63,857 nucleotides of DNA, filler included, from Octopus bimaculoides (GCF_001194135.2; 6 parts of 6 records of this genome joined end to end with filler, not necessarily neighbours in it), one strand, 5' to 3'; shown: positions 36,632 to 50,574, counted from the first letter of the whole stretch. Notes: generated from the letters alone by a model not told the origin. Made by a program: numbers and translations.

Positions 36632-37737
36632 GTTATTGTTATTGTTGTTGTTGTTGTTGTTGTTGTTGTTCTTGTTGTTGTTCTTGTTCTTGTTCTTGTT
36701 CTTGTTCTTGTTCTTGTTCTTGTGCTTGTTCCTTATATATCTTTACGAATGATTGAGCTCGAGAATTAACAGTAAGGAAGGAAATTTTGTTCTCTAGAGT
36801 TTCGAGAACGAGAAATAAAGAAGTAAATGAACAAAAATAAAAAAAGAGAAAAAAGAGAAAAGAAACAGGTTTTGTAACAAGGGAAAGACGTATTCTACGG
36901 TCGCCATTGGATGATTTACTTCCAAAATCTCACAACTTCCGGTCGAATGTCTCCGTAATTAAATAGTGAATATTTTTGAAATGTAGCTTTTCTTTCCTTT
37001 CCTTCTGGTGCTATCAGGTCTTGGAACGATCCCTGGTGGCTTTCTTGTCAAAAACTATGGTTTGTCAGGGAATTTCAGTTGAAGAATGTTGTCACACTTC
37101 GGGTGATCATTCGTTTTCCGTTTTCTTCTTGTTTTTTTTTTCCTAAACGTATTTTGTTTTCCAACATTTTATTGGCTACAAAAGACAGAAAGAGAGAGAG
37201 AGAGACAGAGACAGAGAGGGTGAAGAGTTAATGAGTGAGAGAGAGAGAGAGTGACAAAGAGACAGAAAGAAAAAGAGAGACTGAGATAGCAACAGAGAGA
37301 AGAAAAGCAGGAAGTGCTAGAGATAGAAGAAGAATCGACAGACCTTGCCTCGTACTATATATATTTAATGACAGTGTCCTGCGTAAGAATAAACAGATAT
37401 ACGGAAACGAACAAATGTGTATTTAGACAAACAAATATATATATATATACATATATAATTGTGAGACTACGTGCTTGAGTGCGCGCGCGTGCGTGTGTGT
37501 TTGTGATGATCTAACTTGGACCTAAAGTTTCGATGTAAAAGGCTTATTCATCGATCCCTTGTTGAGTAAATTGTACCACGGTTCGCAATCCTATCGAGAA
37601 ATTTCTCAATGTATGGAGTTTCACCATAAGCAAACGGTCTTCCTGTTTTTCAACAAGCTCATAAACATCATAGACACGCATACATAAATGTATGTATGTA
37701 TGTATGTAGGCATGCATGCATAAATGTATGTACGTAT

Positions 37738-37770
<33 letters not shown>

Positions 37771-37892
37771 NNNNNNNNNNNNNNNNNNNNNNNNNNNNNN
37801 NNNNNNNNNNNNNNTTAATTAATTAANNNNNNNNNNNNNNNNNNNNNNNNNNNNNNNNNNNNNNNNNNNNATAGTGTTATCACCATTATTAA

Positions 37893-37926
<34 letters not shown>

Positions 37927-38109
37927 GAAATGGAGCAAAAGTACATAAAATTGAGTAATTACGCATACACTCGAATGTCTCCACAATCATATATACATTT
38001 TGATACTCATAGGACTACACATACATCTCAATGTTTACACAACAACGTGAAAATTACAGGACACACATTCACGCATATGAAAATACATGACACAAACGAG
38101 GCAAAAATG

Positions 38110-39700
38110 ACAGAAACATCTAAGGTTAACCATGACCAGCAGAATGTCATAAACGAATTAGTACCAGCAGAGAGCTACAAATACCTAGGGGTATTTAAAG
38201 GAGACAGAGTCAAACATTCAGTGATGAGGGAAAGGATCAGAAGAGAATGTTATCTCAGGGTGAGAGCAATACTCAAGACAGAGCTGAATGCAAGAAACAG
38301 GATCGAAGCGATCAATACTTTAGCCATACCAGTCGTGACTTACAGTTTCAATATCATTGACTTGTCAATTACGGAAATGTGTAATCTTGTCAGGAAAATA
38401 TGACAATTGTTGACAATGCATAGAATGCACCACCCTAAGGCAGATTTACACTGATTTTATCTGCCAAGAAAAGAGGGAGGCCGTGGACTTTTACAACTGG
38501 CATTAACAATGAAGATTGCCACAATTGGTCTAGACACCTACCTGAAAAACTCTGAGGACTGGATGTTAAAACTTGTCTCAAAACATGAAAATAAGAAAAC
38601 ATCATACTCAGTGACAAAACAGGCAAAGGAATATATAAGTGAATTCCAAATACAAATTCCAGAATTTGACGTACTATAAACAAGCAGAGAAAAAGCTAAG
38701 CGTATGAAAACCCATGCTAAAACTGCTGCCTTAGATATTCTGACTGATAAATGGCAAGAAAAACCTCTTAATCACAAATACCCAAAGAGATCTAATAATA
38801 CCGATGCTGACAAAGCCCTTGCCCATCAATGGTTAATGGCTTCAGAAACAGAAAGGTTTGTTATAGCAGCCCAAGATCAATGCTTACCTACAAGAAACTA
38901 CCAGGTCAACATATTAAAGAACGGCAATTTCCCTACATGTCGTGTATGTCAACAACAAAATGAAACCATCGATCATGTTGTCTCCATGTGCAGTCTTCTT
39001 GCACCTACAAAGTATCTCAACAGGTATGATAGAGCTGCACAATATATTCACTAGGTAATTTGCAAAAACCTGGACCTGCCCCATGATAAAAACTGGTGGG
39101 AACACAAACCACTTCTAGTGCTTGAAAATGATCACGTCTCACTCCTCTAGAACTTCACCATTCAAACTAACAGAAAGATAAATGAAAATAGGCCAGACGT
39201 CATATTGAAAGACTTCAGACAAATATCATGCTTCCTCATTGATATGACTGTCCCAATCGATATAAACGTATCTGTCAAGACCTACCAAAAACTGAGCAAG
39301 TATAAAGATCTTGAAATAGATACTGGCAAAATGTGGAACCTGAAGACTAAAACAATACCTGTTGTCATAGGAACGATAACGAAAGGGGCTCATTGCTACG
39401 TAGCTCAGATACCAGAAAACCCCAAAATGGCAGAAATTTAAAAGTTAGTGCCCATGGGAACTGCCCATATCCTATGTAAAATACTGTCTATCTAATCTCA
39501 AATTTTAAAACACACTCATAATTTTCTTATGGTTTCTTAAACATTATCTAGAACAACAATAGGTACAAAACCAAATATATGGTACCCTTGGCATAACACC
39601 TACATGAACTTCTAACTTGTTGTCTCTTGAGGTCTCTGGGTGAGACTTGGAGCCAACTTGTACAAATGCAAAGCGAAAGTCAAACATAAAGTAATAATAA
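38110..39700 (+). mobile_element. R4/Dong-type non-LTR retrotransposon, 5'-truncated, with stops
   Basis: SYKYLGV…IEAINTLAIPVVTYSF; LYLPRKEGGRGL; IAAQDQCLPTRNY; CCHC CRVCQQQNETIDHVVSMC; RYD; RPDVILKD; KLSKYKDL; 3' UTR then AAT repeats. Confidence 0.92.
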
Positions 39701-40394
39701 CAATGAAGTGGCCAGTGAAAAATTTGTAGATTTCTAGTGGGTGGTAGGTAATTCCGGTACCCTACTTTATATATATGTGTATGTCGATAATATACCGTAA
39801 TTGATTCGATCGATTAAACTCCTCACATTGCGAATGTTTCTTCTGTTAAGGTAATCGGTGAAGTTGCTCTTTATGTAGCTGGCATGGCTGTGGGATTAAG
39901 TTTGCCTCGATACAGCGTAGTATTGATTTTGATCCCACTGTGCAGTACCCTAGACATCTAATCCATGGCTTCAAGTCGACAGAAGCTTTATGAGTGAGAC
40001 CGCTCCTGTTCTTGAAGGGTAAACTTAATTTGTCACTACTTCGACCTTGGATGATTTAAACAAATTTCAAAGCTTCACCACAAACACCAAGAAAAAAAGA
40101 GCAAAGAATCATATGTGCGCCCAGGCTCACTGAATATAAAAACTTAAACCATTTCTAATTCAGTTGAACCTGTATGGAAAGCGTTCCAGCTGTGACTACC
40201 CTATTTTTGTATCCCATCTTTTTGGTAGTGTTTCTACTATTGTATTATCCAATGTATTTTTGCTTTTTCCTAAGATAGACGCAGGGTGTGATCTAAGTGT
40301 GATTCGGCTGCTATTTCTAGTAGCCAAATCATACGCGTTGGATCGCGAGTGTAGGAAGTTACAGTTGAAACAGTTGAACCCGAGTCAAGGTGAC

Positions 40395-41268
40395 GTGATG
40401 GTAGAATCGTTACCACATCGGACAAAATGGTTAGCTACATTTCGTTCTGAGTTCAATTCCGACAAGGCCTATTTTGCCTTTTATCCTTTCATGATCGATA
40501 AGATAAGTACCGGTCAAGTCATGAGGTCGATGCCATCATCTTGTCCCTTCCTCTTAAATTTGCTGGCATTGTGCCAAGAATTAGAAAGAAATATTAATGT
40601 CAAGTCAGGAGATATACAAAGCTAAGAATTATTTCGACTCTAGTCTAGGCCCAAAATTTTGAGGGAGGGGGCCAGTCGATTAGATCGATCCCAGTACGCA
40701 ACTGGTACTTAATTTATCGACCCCGAAAGTGTGAAAGGCAAAGTCAACCTCGACGCAATTTGAACTGAGAACGTTGCGACGGGCGAAATACCGCTAAGCA
40801 TTTCGCCTGGCGTGCTAACACTTCTGCCAACTCGCCCTCTTGGTACAAGACCAAGAATTTCGAAAAGGTGGGTAAGTCGATTACATCGACCTCAGTGTTC
40901 AAATGGTACTTATGTTATCGACCTCGAAAGGACGAAAGGCAAAGTCGTGCTCGGTGGAATTTCGGCTCCACGTAAAGACAGACGAAATACTGTAATGCAT
41001 TTTTCCCGGCGTGTTAAGGATTCTGCCAGCTCGCCGCCATTAAAAAAAATTCTAAACATACTGGTTTCAAATTTTGGCACAAGACCAGCAAGCTCGGGGA
41101 AGGGTTAAGTCGATTACGGTGATCTCAGTACATGACTGATACTTATTTTGTCGACCCCGCAAAAAAGGAAAAGTAAAGTCGACCTTAAGTTAATTTGAAC
41201 TCAGAACGTAAGAAATGCCGCTAAGCTTTCTACTCGGCGCGCTAATGATTCTGCCAGCTTACTGCTAT
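40395..41268. mobile_element. Cluster of four SINE family B copies (one plus, three minus)
   Basis: About 40395-40600 (+), 40640-40837 (-), 40843-41040 (-), 41065-41268 (-). Confidence 0.85.
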
Positions 41269-42234
41269 TAAAAGGAAGATCTAAATATATTAGCCAAATT
41301 ACCTTATAGGGATAAAGAAAGGGTTAATTACATATTCTGCAATCATTAAAGATTAATGTAGCTCTCACTGTATATTCATACCTTTAGAGCAGGCTGGTAA
41401 ATGTTTGCTGACAGACCTAATTTTTTCCTTCGAGGTTCTCCTAACTCTCAGCCATGGCAAATTCTCCTTTGATGCTGTTTCTTTATTTCTGTCACAGCTT
41501 ACTTCAAAATTTTACCTCGCCTATTAAAAATTCGGAATCTCACATCTGTTGGCCATTGATAGTTTAACCTTTAACACAAATCAATCTAAATCGTTGCACC
41601 GAAAGCAGTTGGTGTTGATATGTGGATCAGTTATTAATCTATTGCTTGTTATTGTTATTTTATTATAAGTGACAACAGCGATAGATCATAAATAAATAAA
41701 AAGTAGATAGTGATAAATAGTTATTTAATAAGCCCCAGAACTTTCGCTAACATAAATATGCAAATTTATAGTCAGAAAACAATATATTCTCCTGCTTGCA
41801 GAATTATTACAGTTTGACGTAATAGCAAATAGCAAAGAAAAAAGGGCAACGATTGTGGAGTTGTTGTAGTTCTTGTTGTTGTTGAAAATGATGTATGGCA
41901 CGGACAGTGGTGTAGATGATGAGGATGCTGATGGTAGTGTTTACGTTGGTGGTAGCGTCGGTTGGGGTTGAGTTTTCTTTTTGTTGTTGTAGTTGCTGCT
42001 GTTGCTGTTCTTGGTCTTGTTTAGATTTTTGTCTGCACTGGTTGAGGTATGTAGCCAAAAGCATTTGGTATAACGACATAGCTGTGTGATTAAGAACCTT
42101 GTTTTGCAGCCTCATAGTTTCACCAACAATCCCACGGTGGTGCACCCTGAGCAAGTCTCTTCTATTATCGCCCCGAGGGACGACCAGTTCGAACCCCATC
42201 CTGTCTTCGTCTTTTGTTTTCTGTAAATCTGAAC

Positions 42235-42327
<93 letters not shown>

Positions 42328-42764
42328 AAGTGACTGCCGATCTTCCGATCGAAGCAACCATACTAGATTCCTATTGGTTTTACAAACTGCTGATAGCATC
42401 TTTCTGCCGAGATGACATTTGAACTGAAAAAGTATGAAACCTGAACAGATACCGCTTAAACAATTCTGCCAGTATTTTACTTTGGATTGGTACGTTTTCT
42501 CGATCCCTAAAATAATGAAAGGCAAAGATGAATCCTGCGAGATTGAAACCCAGAACGCAGAACCGGAACAAAAGCTGTGAAGCTTTTTTTTTTCAAATAC
42601 TTTTAAGATTTTGATCGTTCGCCTACACACACGCTCACACATATTCTAATTGCGTTCCATATTCGAAATAAATATTAATCAATTATAAACCCCAAACGAA
42701 TAAAAGAGAGAAAGATTGATAGTGACTTCGAAGTTATTATCAACGTTAACGACGGATAACCCAC

Positions 42765-43880
42765 TTTCTTGAAAACAACAGACTGCTGAACCCTAACGCA
42801 GCTCCTGTATCACTTTGATGACATTTTGAGAGCTTTGGGAGAGGGCTCGAATACTGATATCATCGACTTTGATTTCAGCAAGGCCTTTGACAGGCTGGAT
42901 CATAAGATCCTCTTGAAAAAACTATCCAAAATTGGTGCCTCTAGAAAGTTACTACAATGGATGAAGTGTTTCCTGACAGGCAGTAGTCGAATGAGTAAAA
43001 GCAAGCCCAGCCAAAGTCAGTAGTGGTGTTCCACGAGGCACTGTGTTGGGCCCGCTTCTTTTCATCGTCTACATCAATGAAATTGCTGACATCATCAAGC
43101 ACAACATAAGAATCTTTACAGATGATTCCAAGATCCAGAAGGTCATCAATGAAGTGGGTGACCAGACATACGTTCAGTCACATCTATTTGCTGTCATCCA
43201 ATGGGCAGAAAAGAATAATATGCTGCTGAACGTTGACAAATTTGAGTTAATCCACTTTGGAAGAGGATAACCTGAAACTTCCATACTCCATTCCTTCTGG
43301 TGAAACTCTCATGACATCCAACAACATCAGAGACTTGGGAGTAATTATGGATAACAACATAAGCTGGGCCGCTCATATAAACAGCAAAGTTGACATGGTC
43401 CGCAGAATATGTTCCTGGACTCTCAGAACTTTCCATTTGAGAGACATCCATATCATTATCCTTCTCTTCTCTACTTTTGCCCGACCCCACTTTGAATACT
43501 GTTGTCCACTGAGGACCGCCCCACACGAAACAAAGTATCATGAAAGTTGAAGCACCCTAAAGGTCAATTAAAAAAAAGATAGATGGCATGACAGGCCTTG
43601 ACTATTGGGATCGACTAGAAGAGCTCAAGCTTTATTCTCTCTAACGCTGTCGAGAGTGCTACATCATCTGCTGGATGTGCAAAATATTCCATCAGCATTG
43701 TCCAAATGATGTTGGCATCGCCTTTAAGATACACGCAAGACTTAAACCATACTCGCATCATAAACCATACTCATAAACCACAACATAAACCATACTCGCA
43801 TCACATAACAACAATACGACACAATTATTTCACCTCAATTAGCTCCTATCTCTTTAACATTACACCAAAACACATTAAAG
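42765..43880 (+). mobile_element. CR1 LINE reverse transcriptase fragment
   Basis: DFDFSKAFDRLDH; SGVPRGTVLGPLLFIVYIN; IRIFTDDSK; IRDLGVIMD; ARPHFEYCCPL. Confidence 0.92.
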
Positions 43881-43894
43881 CAGAAAGAGACCCC

Positions 43895-43941
<47 letters not shown>

Positions 43942-45786
43942 NNNNNNNNNNNNNNNNNNNNNNNNNNNNNNNNNNNNNNNNNNNNNNNNNNNNNNNNNNN
44001 NNNNNNNNNNNNNNNNNNNNNNNNNNNNNNNNNNNNNNNNNNNNNNNNNNNNNNNNNNNNNNNNNNNNNNNNNNNNNNNNNNNNNNNNNNNNNNNNNNNN
44101 NNNNNNNNNNNNNNNNNNNNNNNNNNNNNNNNNNNNNNNNNNNNNNNNNNNNNNNNNNNNNNNNNNNNNNNNNNNNNNNNNNNNNNNNNNNNNNNNNNNN
44201 NNNNNNNNNNNNNNNNNNNNNNNNNNNNNNNNNNNNNNNNNNNNNNNNNNNNNNNNNNNNNNNNNNNNNNNNNNNNNNNNNNNNNNNNNNNNNNNNNNNN
44301 NNNNNNNNNNNNNNNNNNNNNNNNNNNNNNNNNNNNNNNNNNNNNNNNNNNNNNNNNNNNNNNNNNNNNNNNNNNNNNNNNNNNNNNNNNNNNNNNNNNN
44401 NNNNNNNNNNNNNNNNNNNNNNNNNNNNNNNNNNNNNNNNNNNNNNNNNNNNNNNNNNNNNNNNNNNNNNNNNNNNNNNNNNNNNNNNNNNNNNNNNNNN
44501 NNNNNNNNNNNNNNNNNNNNNNNNNNNNNNNNNNNNNNNNNNNNNNNNNNNNNNNNNNNNNNNNNNNNNNNNNNNNNNNNNNNNNNNNNNNNNNNNNNNN
44601 NNNNNNNNNNNNNNNNNNNNNNNNNNNNNNNNNNNNNNNNNNNNNNNNNNNNNNNNNNNNNNNNNNNNNNNNNNNNNNNNNNNNNNNNNNNNNNNNNNNN
44701 NNNNNNNATATCAGTGGCGAATCCGGCACTGAGGCTGTTCGTGCTTTGCCCGAGTATAAATTTAGTAAAGTGAACGTGTATTTGCAAGCTGATCTAATTT
44801 CTGCCACCACTAACTTCAAGTATGTAATTTCAGCCAATAACTCGGGCTCCTTTTATTGAGCCTGGTCGCAGTTCATTTATTTTTGTTCAGCGTCTATCGG
44901 TCGTCTTACAGGTGCCCTATGTCAAAAAATATCATTCGTAGCGGACGTTCTCTCGACATCGTTCATACGCGCCTGACTCAGGCTCAGAAGTTACAGCCCG
45001 ATTTGTTATCTAGAATCGTAAAAATTAAAATAATTCAAACTCAATGTTTTCTCGAAACAATAAATTTCTATAGTGATTAAGATTTAAATTCCAATCTATG
45101 AACAGTTTCCGTTCTATAATATACTCAAAGGCTTATCCAGCAACTCGGGCTAAAACGAATGAGCCTGGTAGGCGTAAAAGACTAACTTGCATCTCTGGTC
45201 AAGAGTACAGGCGACGGTCAGATCGCTGATGTTTGTTGTGAAATCCACTGTCGTTATTTGATTACTGTTATTCTGTGTGTCTGTGTGTAAAGATCAGTTG
45301 TGTTCTGCAGGGTTGCTTTATTTTTACTCTTAACTTAGAAATGAAGAAAGACACAGTGCTAAATATAAAATATAAGCCATTTGGGGCTAGAAATATTGCG
45401 GAAAACGTGAAATTCTTCGAGCAGGCATGTGTCTTATGCGAAATCTGTGATGAGCCCGAGTGACGCTGATGACCTGGAGACATTTATGTACGTAGATGTA
45501 AATATATATATATATATATATATATANNNNNNNNNNNNNNNNNNNNNNNNNNNNNNNNNNNNNNNNNNNNNNNNNNNNNNNNNNNNNNNNNNNNNNNNNN
45601 NNNNNNNNNNNNNNNNNNNNNNNNNNNNNNNNNNNNNNNNNNNNNNNNNNNNNNNNNNNNNNNNNNNNNNNNNNNNNNNNNNNNNNNNNNNNNNNNNNNN
45701 NNNNNNNNNNNNNNNNNNNNNNNNNNNNNNNNNNNNNNNNNNNNNNNNNNNNNNNNNNNNNNNNNNNNNNNNNNNNNNNNNNNNNN

Positions 45787-45854
<68 letters not shown>

Positions 45855-46756
45855 ATGTATGTAGATTGGTAGGTAGGTAGACAAAAACAGATATGTGCGT
45901 AAGCCCGTACGCGCGCGCGTGTAAATACACATGTGCTTGTGTCTGAAATAATATTCTAAGTGGGAATATCGAACCCCCACAAGGGATCAAATGTTGATAA
46001 AAGCTCGGAGTTAGAATTTCTCTGGCTGTTTTTTGATTCAATGTAAATGATTGGAATCAGACATGCTAAATAAATCTCGTGATGTAAATAAGATGTAAAT
46101 TAGTCTAAATCGTACTTATTTTGTCCTGACAGTGTTGTGGCGAAGACACTTTCCAGAAATTCCTACCCCTTTCCTTTCGTCCCAAAGTAAAGTCCACTAT
46201 GATTAAATTTCAGCTCAAAGATTCGTAAACCAAATTTGCCAGACATTGTTCGGGTTATTTGTGTGACGATGGGCGTGTTGTGCACACGTTCGATGAATGT
46301 GGTTTGATCGAAATCTTTTCACTCTTAACGCCATTAGGGATTTATTACGAATTTAAATCTACATTTCAGAGTTTTCTCTTTCATGAAACCTAACGTACAA
46401 ATGATTTATATAACGTGTTTTCTTTCTTCTATCTACTGCTTACCATCTGATGTCATTAGTTAGTAGTCTCCAAAGAAAAACGAAATACAAACAGTATTTT
46501 TTTTTAGTTGCTTGTATATATTTTTTCTTTGTTCGTTTGTTTGCTGTGAGTTGGATACAGCTCATATCACCTGTCTGTTTTATTCATGGGTGGTTTATTT
46601 GATTCCGTACGTCGGCTGCTTGCTGTCAAGGCCCATAAACCTTCCTGAAAATACCAGCCATCAGTTTGGGTAGGAAAAAAACAACAGCGCCATAAATATA
46701 CAATTGCACACAAAATTTAGCTTTGTCTGGTTTACCACAAAGTGAATATAGTGGTC

Positions 46757-46854
46757 ATGACTACTCCATCTTATTCAACCATGCGGTTGTTGTTGTTATT
46801 GCTGTCGCTGAGTGTGACTGGTGTTGGTATCGCTACAGCTGTACTTCAGTTGAC
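46757..46854 (+). CDS. Gene B candidate exon 1: signal peptide
   Basis: MTTPSYST-MRLLLLLLSLSVTGVGIATAVLQL(T), ending AC|GTAAGA (phase 2); second ATG 46781 in ACCATG context; TATA-like CATAAATA at about 46691. Confidence 0.55.
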
Positions 46855-48770
46855 GTAAGAACATACATACTTGATGACAGAATTTGAATAAAATTTCGAT
46901 CAATATCTTACAGCATTTACACCCGGAGTGTTAAAGCTTGAAAATAAAAGCCAGGGATCTGCAGTTGACATCAACAATATAAATCAAATTTAAGGAACAC
47001 TTGTCAAATTTCGTTTTATTTTTCTCCCTTATATAAATATTTGCTGACATTCAAAGGAACATATTGAACCAAAGGACTTATCGTAATTTTCTCACCGCTG
47101 CCTAATTTGAATTTAATGATTGTAATGTAAATAGTTAGAAAACAATTTTCGAATTACAAATAGAAAGATTACGATTTTTAATAATTTATTTAACAGGGTC
47201 CAAAAACTGCTAGACAGTGAAAATTCTATACTATGAGTTCAATTTAATGTTTGGTCATAATAAAGATATAATTCAATATCATTTACCCTTAATATTTGAG
47301 CTTGTTACGCTTACACAAAAGTTATGAAGATTAACATGCTTTAAAATTGAATTTTTATACATATTTTCTTCAAATAGTATGACATCAGGATATCTGTCTC
47401 GCAGCATACTTTAACAAATAACTATTGATGACTCCTTTACCTAAATAATTAATCATTCTCCATCAATTAATTTAATTTCGATTGTTATAAAAATATGTTT
47501 GCTTTTAGCTTTGCAAACTGAAAACGGATTGTGTGATAATACATGCAATATATATATCCAATTATTTCTTGAGTATCGTTATCTCAGTTCCCTAATCGTG
47601 CATTGGCCGTCCAATAGTTTGTATCCGACTAAAAGCGTTTCTGAATTGCCACTATAATTAAGACAATTGATTCTCAACAGCTAAGTCCAATAGATTTCAG
47701 TGGATACTGCATGTAGTATGATTCACCTCTATAAGCAGCAGCACGAGGTGATTTTCTAACTGTTGTGATCACCACATTGCTAAATTCGCTTCCGCAGATG
47801 GATAAAACTACTTACAATAGAATCAGAATTCTATTGAGATGGAAATTTGTCTTGCCACTTATCCACACAGCACTGGAAATGAATCAAGCACAAGTGATTT
47901 TTTTGGTTCGGTCACAACGGGCCAGACTCTTGTTTGAATGATTTTTAGACATAGTATTTGTACAAAATTGCTTTTCAAAATAAACTAGAAATTATAGTCT
48001 CGAAATAACATTAATAATTCTAACAAAGGTATGAATTCGGAGGGAAGATGTTATTCGACTATATTGAATAGTTAAAAGACAAAGCAAAAATTGAACTCAA
48101 AGAACCAGACCGAAAACCGTATAGTATTTAAAAATCGACGTTTCTAACGACTTTGCTAATTCGTCGCCTTTGCCAAATTCTTCCAAACTACCTACAAAGC
48201 CTGAAATTTGGATAAAAGGTTAATCGATCACGTCAACACTAATTCTTGTTTATTTCTTCATTTTATCGAATAATGTACATTAAAAGCTTGGTTTGAAGTT
48301 GAGAACACCATCTTGTGAGTTATCTCCATACAATCCAGAAACAAGAAATAACTAAGAAGCATAAAAGACAAAAAGCATCAGTTGACAACAAATGGAGGCT
48401 ATGCAAACCGAAACCAAAGTTACTAATCACATTATCACTAAATGTAAGTAAGAAAATGCCCTCTAGATACTAAGTTACAATGCGGTAATCAGAGCAATCC
48501 AAAATAAATTAAGAAATAAAAAGAAATAAAAATAAACATATTGAGATTGATGGATTAAAAGAATATTGGTGAAATCTAATAATAAAAATTAAAAGAAAAG
48601 AGATATGATATTGCTGTTTGGGACCACAAAATTTAACCATGTACTGTTGTGAAAGTTAGCTGTTCACTTGACCTCAGTGCAACAAGAAAATATATAGAAG
48701 AAAGAAAATATGAATTCTAGAGGAAAAACCTATTAATCCAGTTTTTAAAATATACTTTCGGCTTTTATAG

Positions 48771-48960
48771 CCGTTATATCCCCAGTATATGCACCAAATC
48801 GCCCAAGGAATATATATGGTTGAACTTGGACTCTCGAAGAACGTTGCCCTATAACTTGAGGGATTACGAAATCTATAACAATAAACAAATGCAAGACTTT
48901 AAAATTTCGACGTTGAATATTTGCGCAAGGGATGGCGGAGAGAAGAGTGCTTCCTTTTAA
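48771..48960 (+). CDS. Gene B candidate terminal exon
   Basis: Acceptor TACTTTCGGCTTTTATAG|, phase-compatible with exon 1; RYIPSICTKSPKEYIWLNLDSRRTLPYNLRDYEIYNNKQMQDFKISTLNICARDGGEKSASF*. Confidence 0.4.
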
Positions 48961-49376
48961 AAAGAAAATCAATTCTTTACAGCCTCGTCACAGTGCAGAT
49001 GACAAGTCAGAATACACTCTAACGTTCTGATCAAGAAGAGACAGCATACATGTGTGGATGCATACAAACGAGACACAGATGCATACACACATGCGTGCAT
49101 ACATAGGTACATAAATTCATATATACATAGATGCACACAGTGGACAACTTGATGTTCAGACATATGTTTTTGAAAGTTGGAAGTTTGAGTTAGAGATGCA
49201 GGGAAGAGTGCATACGACTATTTCTATGCAAAGTATCTAAACATTGCATACACTGAAGTATACGTATTTAAACAAATCAAACTTTGCAAACAATCGCCAC
49301 ATGTTGCACAGTAACTTAGTATGTTCAAATACAATTGTAAAATTGAAGAGTTTTTTTTAAAGAAATGTCAAGCTGA

Positions 49377-49785
49377 AGGCGGTGACTGGCAGAAACTTTA
49401 GCACGCCGGGCGAAATGCTTAGCGGTATTTCGTCTGCCGTTACGTTCTGAGTTCGAATTCCGCCGAGGTCAACTTTGCCTTTCATCCTTTTGGTGTCGAT
49501 AAATTAAGTACCAGTTACGCACTGGGGTCGATGTAATCGACTTAATCCCTTTGTCTGTCCTTGTTTGTCCCCTCTATGTTTAGCCCCTTGTGGACAATAA
49601 AAAAATAAGAAACGTTAGCACTCTGGGTGAAATGCTCAACGGTATTTCGTCTGTCTTTATGTTCTGAGTTCAAATTCCGCCGAAGTCGACTTTGTCCTCC
49701 ATCCTTTCGGGGTCGATAAATTAAGTACGAGTTGCATACCAAGATCGATCTAATCGGGCCTTGTGCCTAGAGCAGAAAAGAAATG
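49377..49785 (+). mobile_element. Dimeric SINE family B
   Basis: Two consecutive head plus central-domain monomers with different tails, joined at AATAAAAAAATAAGA|AACGTTAGC. Confidence 0.9.
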
Positions 49786-50369
49786 TCAAGCTGTGGAATC
49801 TATGAATTTGATCGGAACTAAAAGTTGTCGAAGAATATTGCCATCTTTTTAAGCTAAATTATAAATTCTCTGTAACGAGACAAAATTAACGACATTGAAA
49901 ACATGTCTTCTCGAACTAATTGTGATTATAATCCTAACATAAAGTGGAGTTACCGGTTTAATGGAGGTTTTATATGAGGCGTATATATATTTAATGTGAA
50001 TCGAAAACATTTTGATTTTATGTTCTCAAATAAAATGTATTCCCAAACACATTTATGATCAGATTAAACGTATTATTAAATGAAAACTTATTCATGTAAT
50101 TGAATCACATTAATAAATATGGGTAAGTAAGTTTGCCTTAAACAAAACTCCAAATAACATGCTGCAGCAACGTACAAATTCAGTGCCAACCGTTCGTATA
50201 CTTTCAATGTGAACAATACAATTTCTGGAAAAATCACTCATTAGAAGTAAAGAGTGAAAGTTATGGGAAGTCTAAATGAGGAAAAAAATGAAAGGTACAA
50301 GAAGCATGTTGCATGGCTACTGCATGCATATTAAACAAAGAACAATATGAAATTAATGAAAAAATATTG

Positions 50370-50525
50370 AACGAATTCCGTCCGTCTTTATTTTCTGAGT
50401 TGAAATTCTGCTGAGGTCGACTTTGTCTTTCATCCTTTCGGAGTCGATAAAATAAACACCAGGTACGTTCTGGGATTGATGTAATCGACTTACCCCTCCA
50501 ACAAAAATTCAGACCTTGGATTATT
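50370..50525 (+). mobile_element. SINE family B, partial
   Basis: TTCTGAGTTGAAATTCTGCTGAGGTCGACTTTGTCTTTCATCCTTTCGGAGTCGATAAAA. Confidence 0.8.
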
Positions 50526-50574
50526 ATTTTTTCACATACGCACAACAGATTAAACTGTTGGAAAAGAAAAATAC

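Noticed and set aside
40164-40625. 153-aa plus-strand ORF
   Set aside because: Its second half is a SINE B copy and there is no recognisable domain or splice context.
41807-42199. 130-aa Gln/Thr-rich minus-strand ORF
   Set aside because: Built on (CAA/CAG)n low-complexity DNA with no supporting splice sites.
47830-47890. 57-nt minus-strand exon candidate (CCAG|…|GTAAGT)
   Set aside because: Splice-like sites are present, but the peptide is uninformative and such pairs are common by chance in AT-rich DNA.
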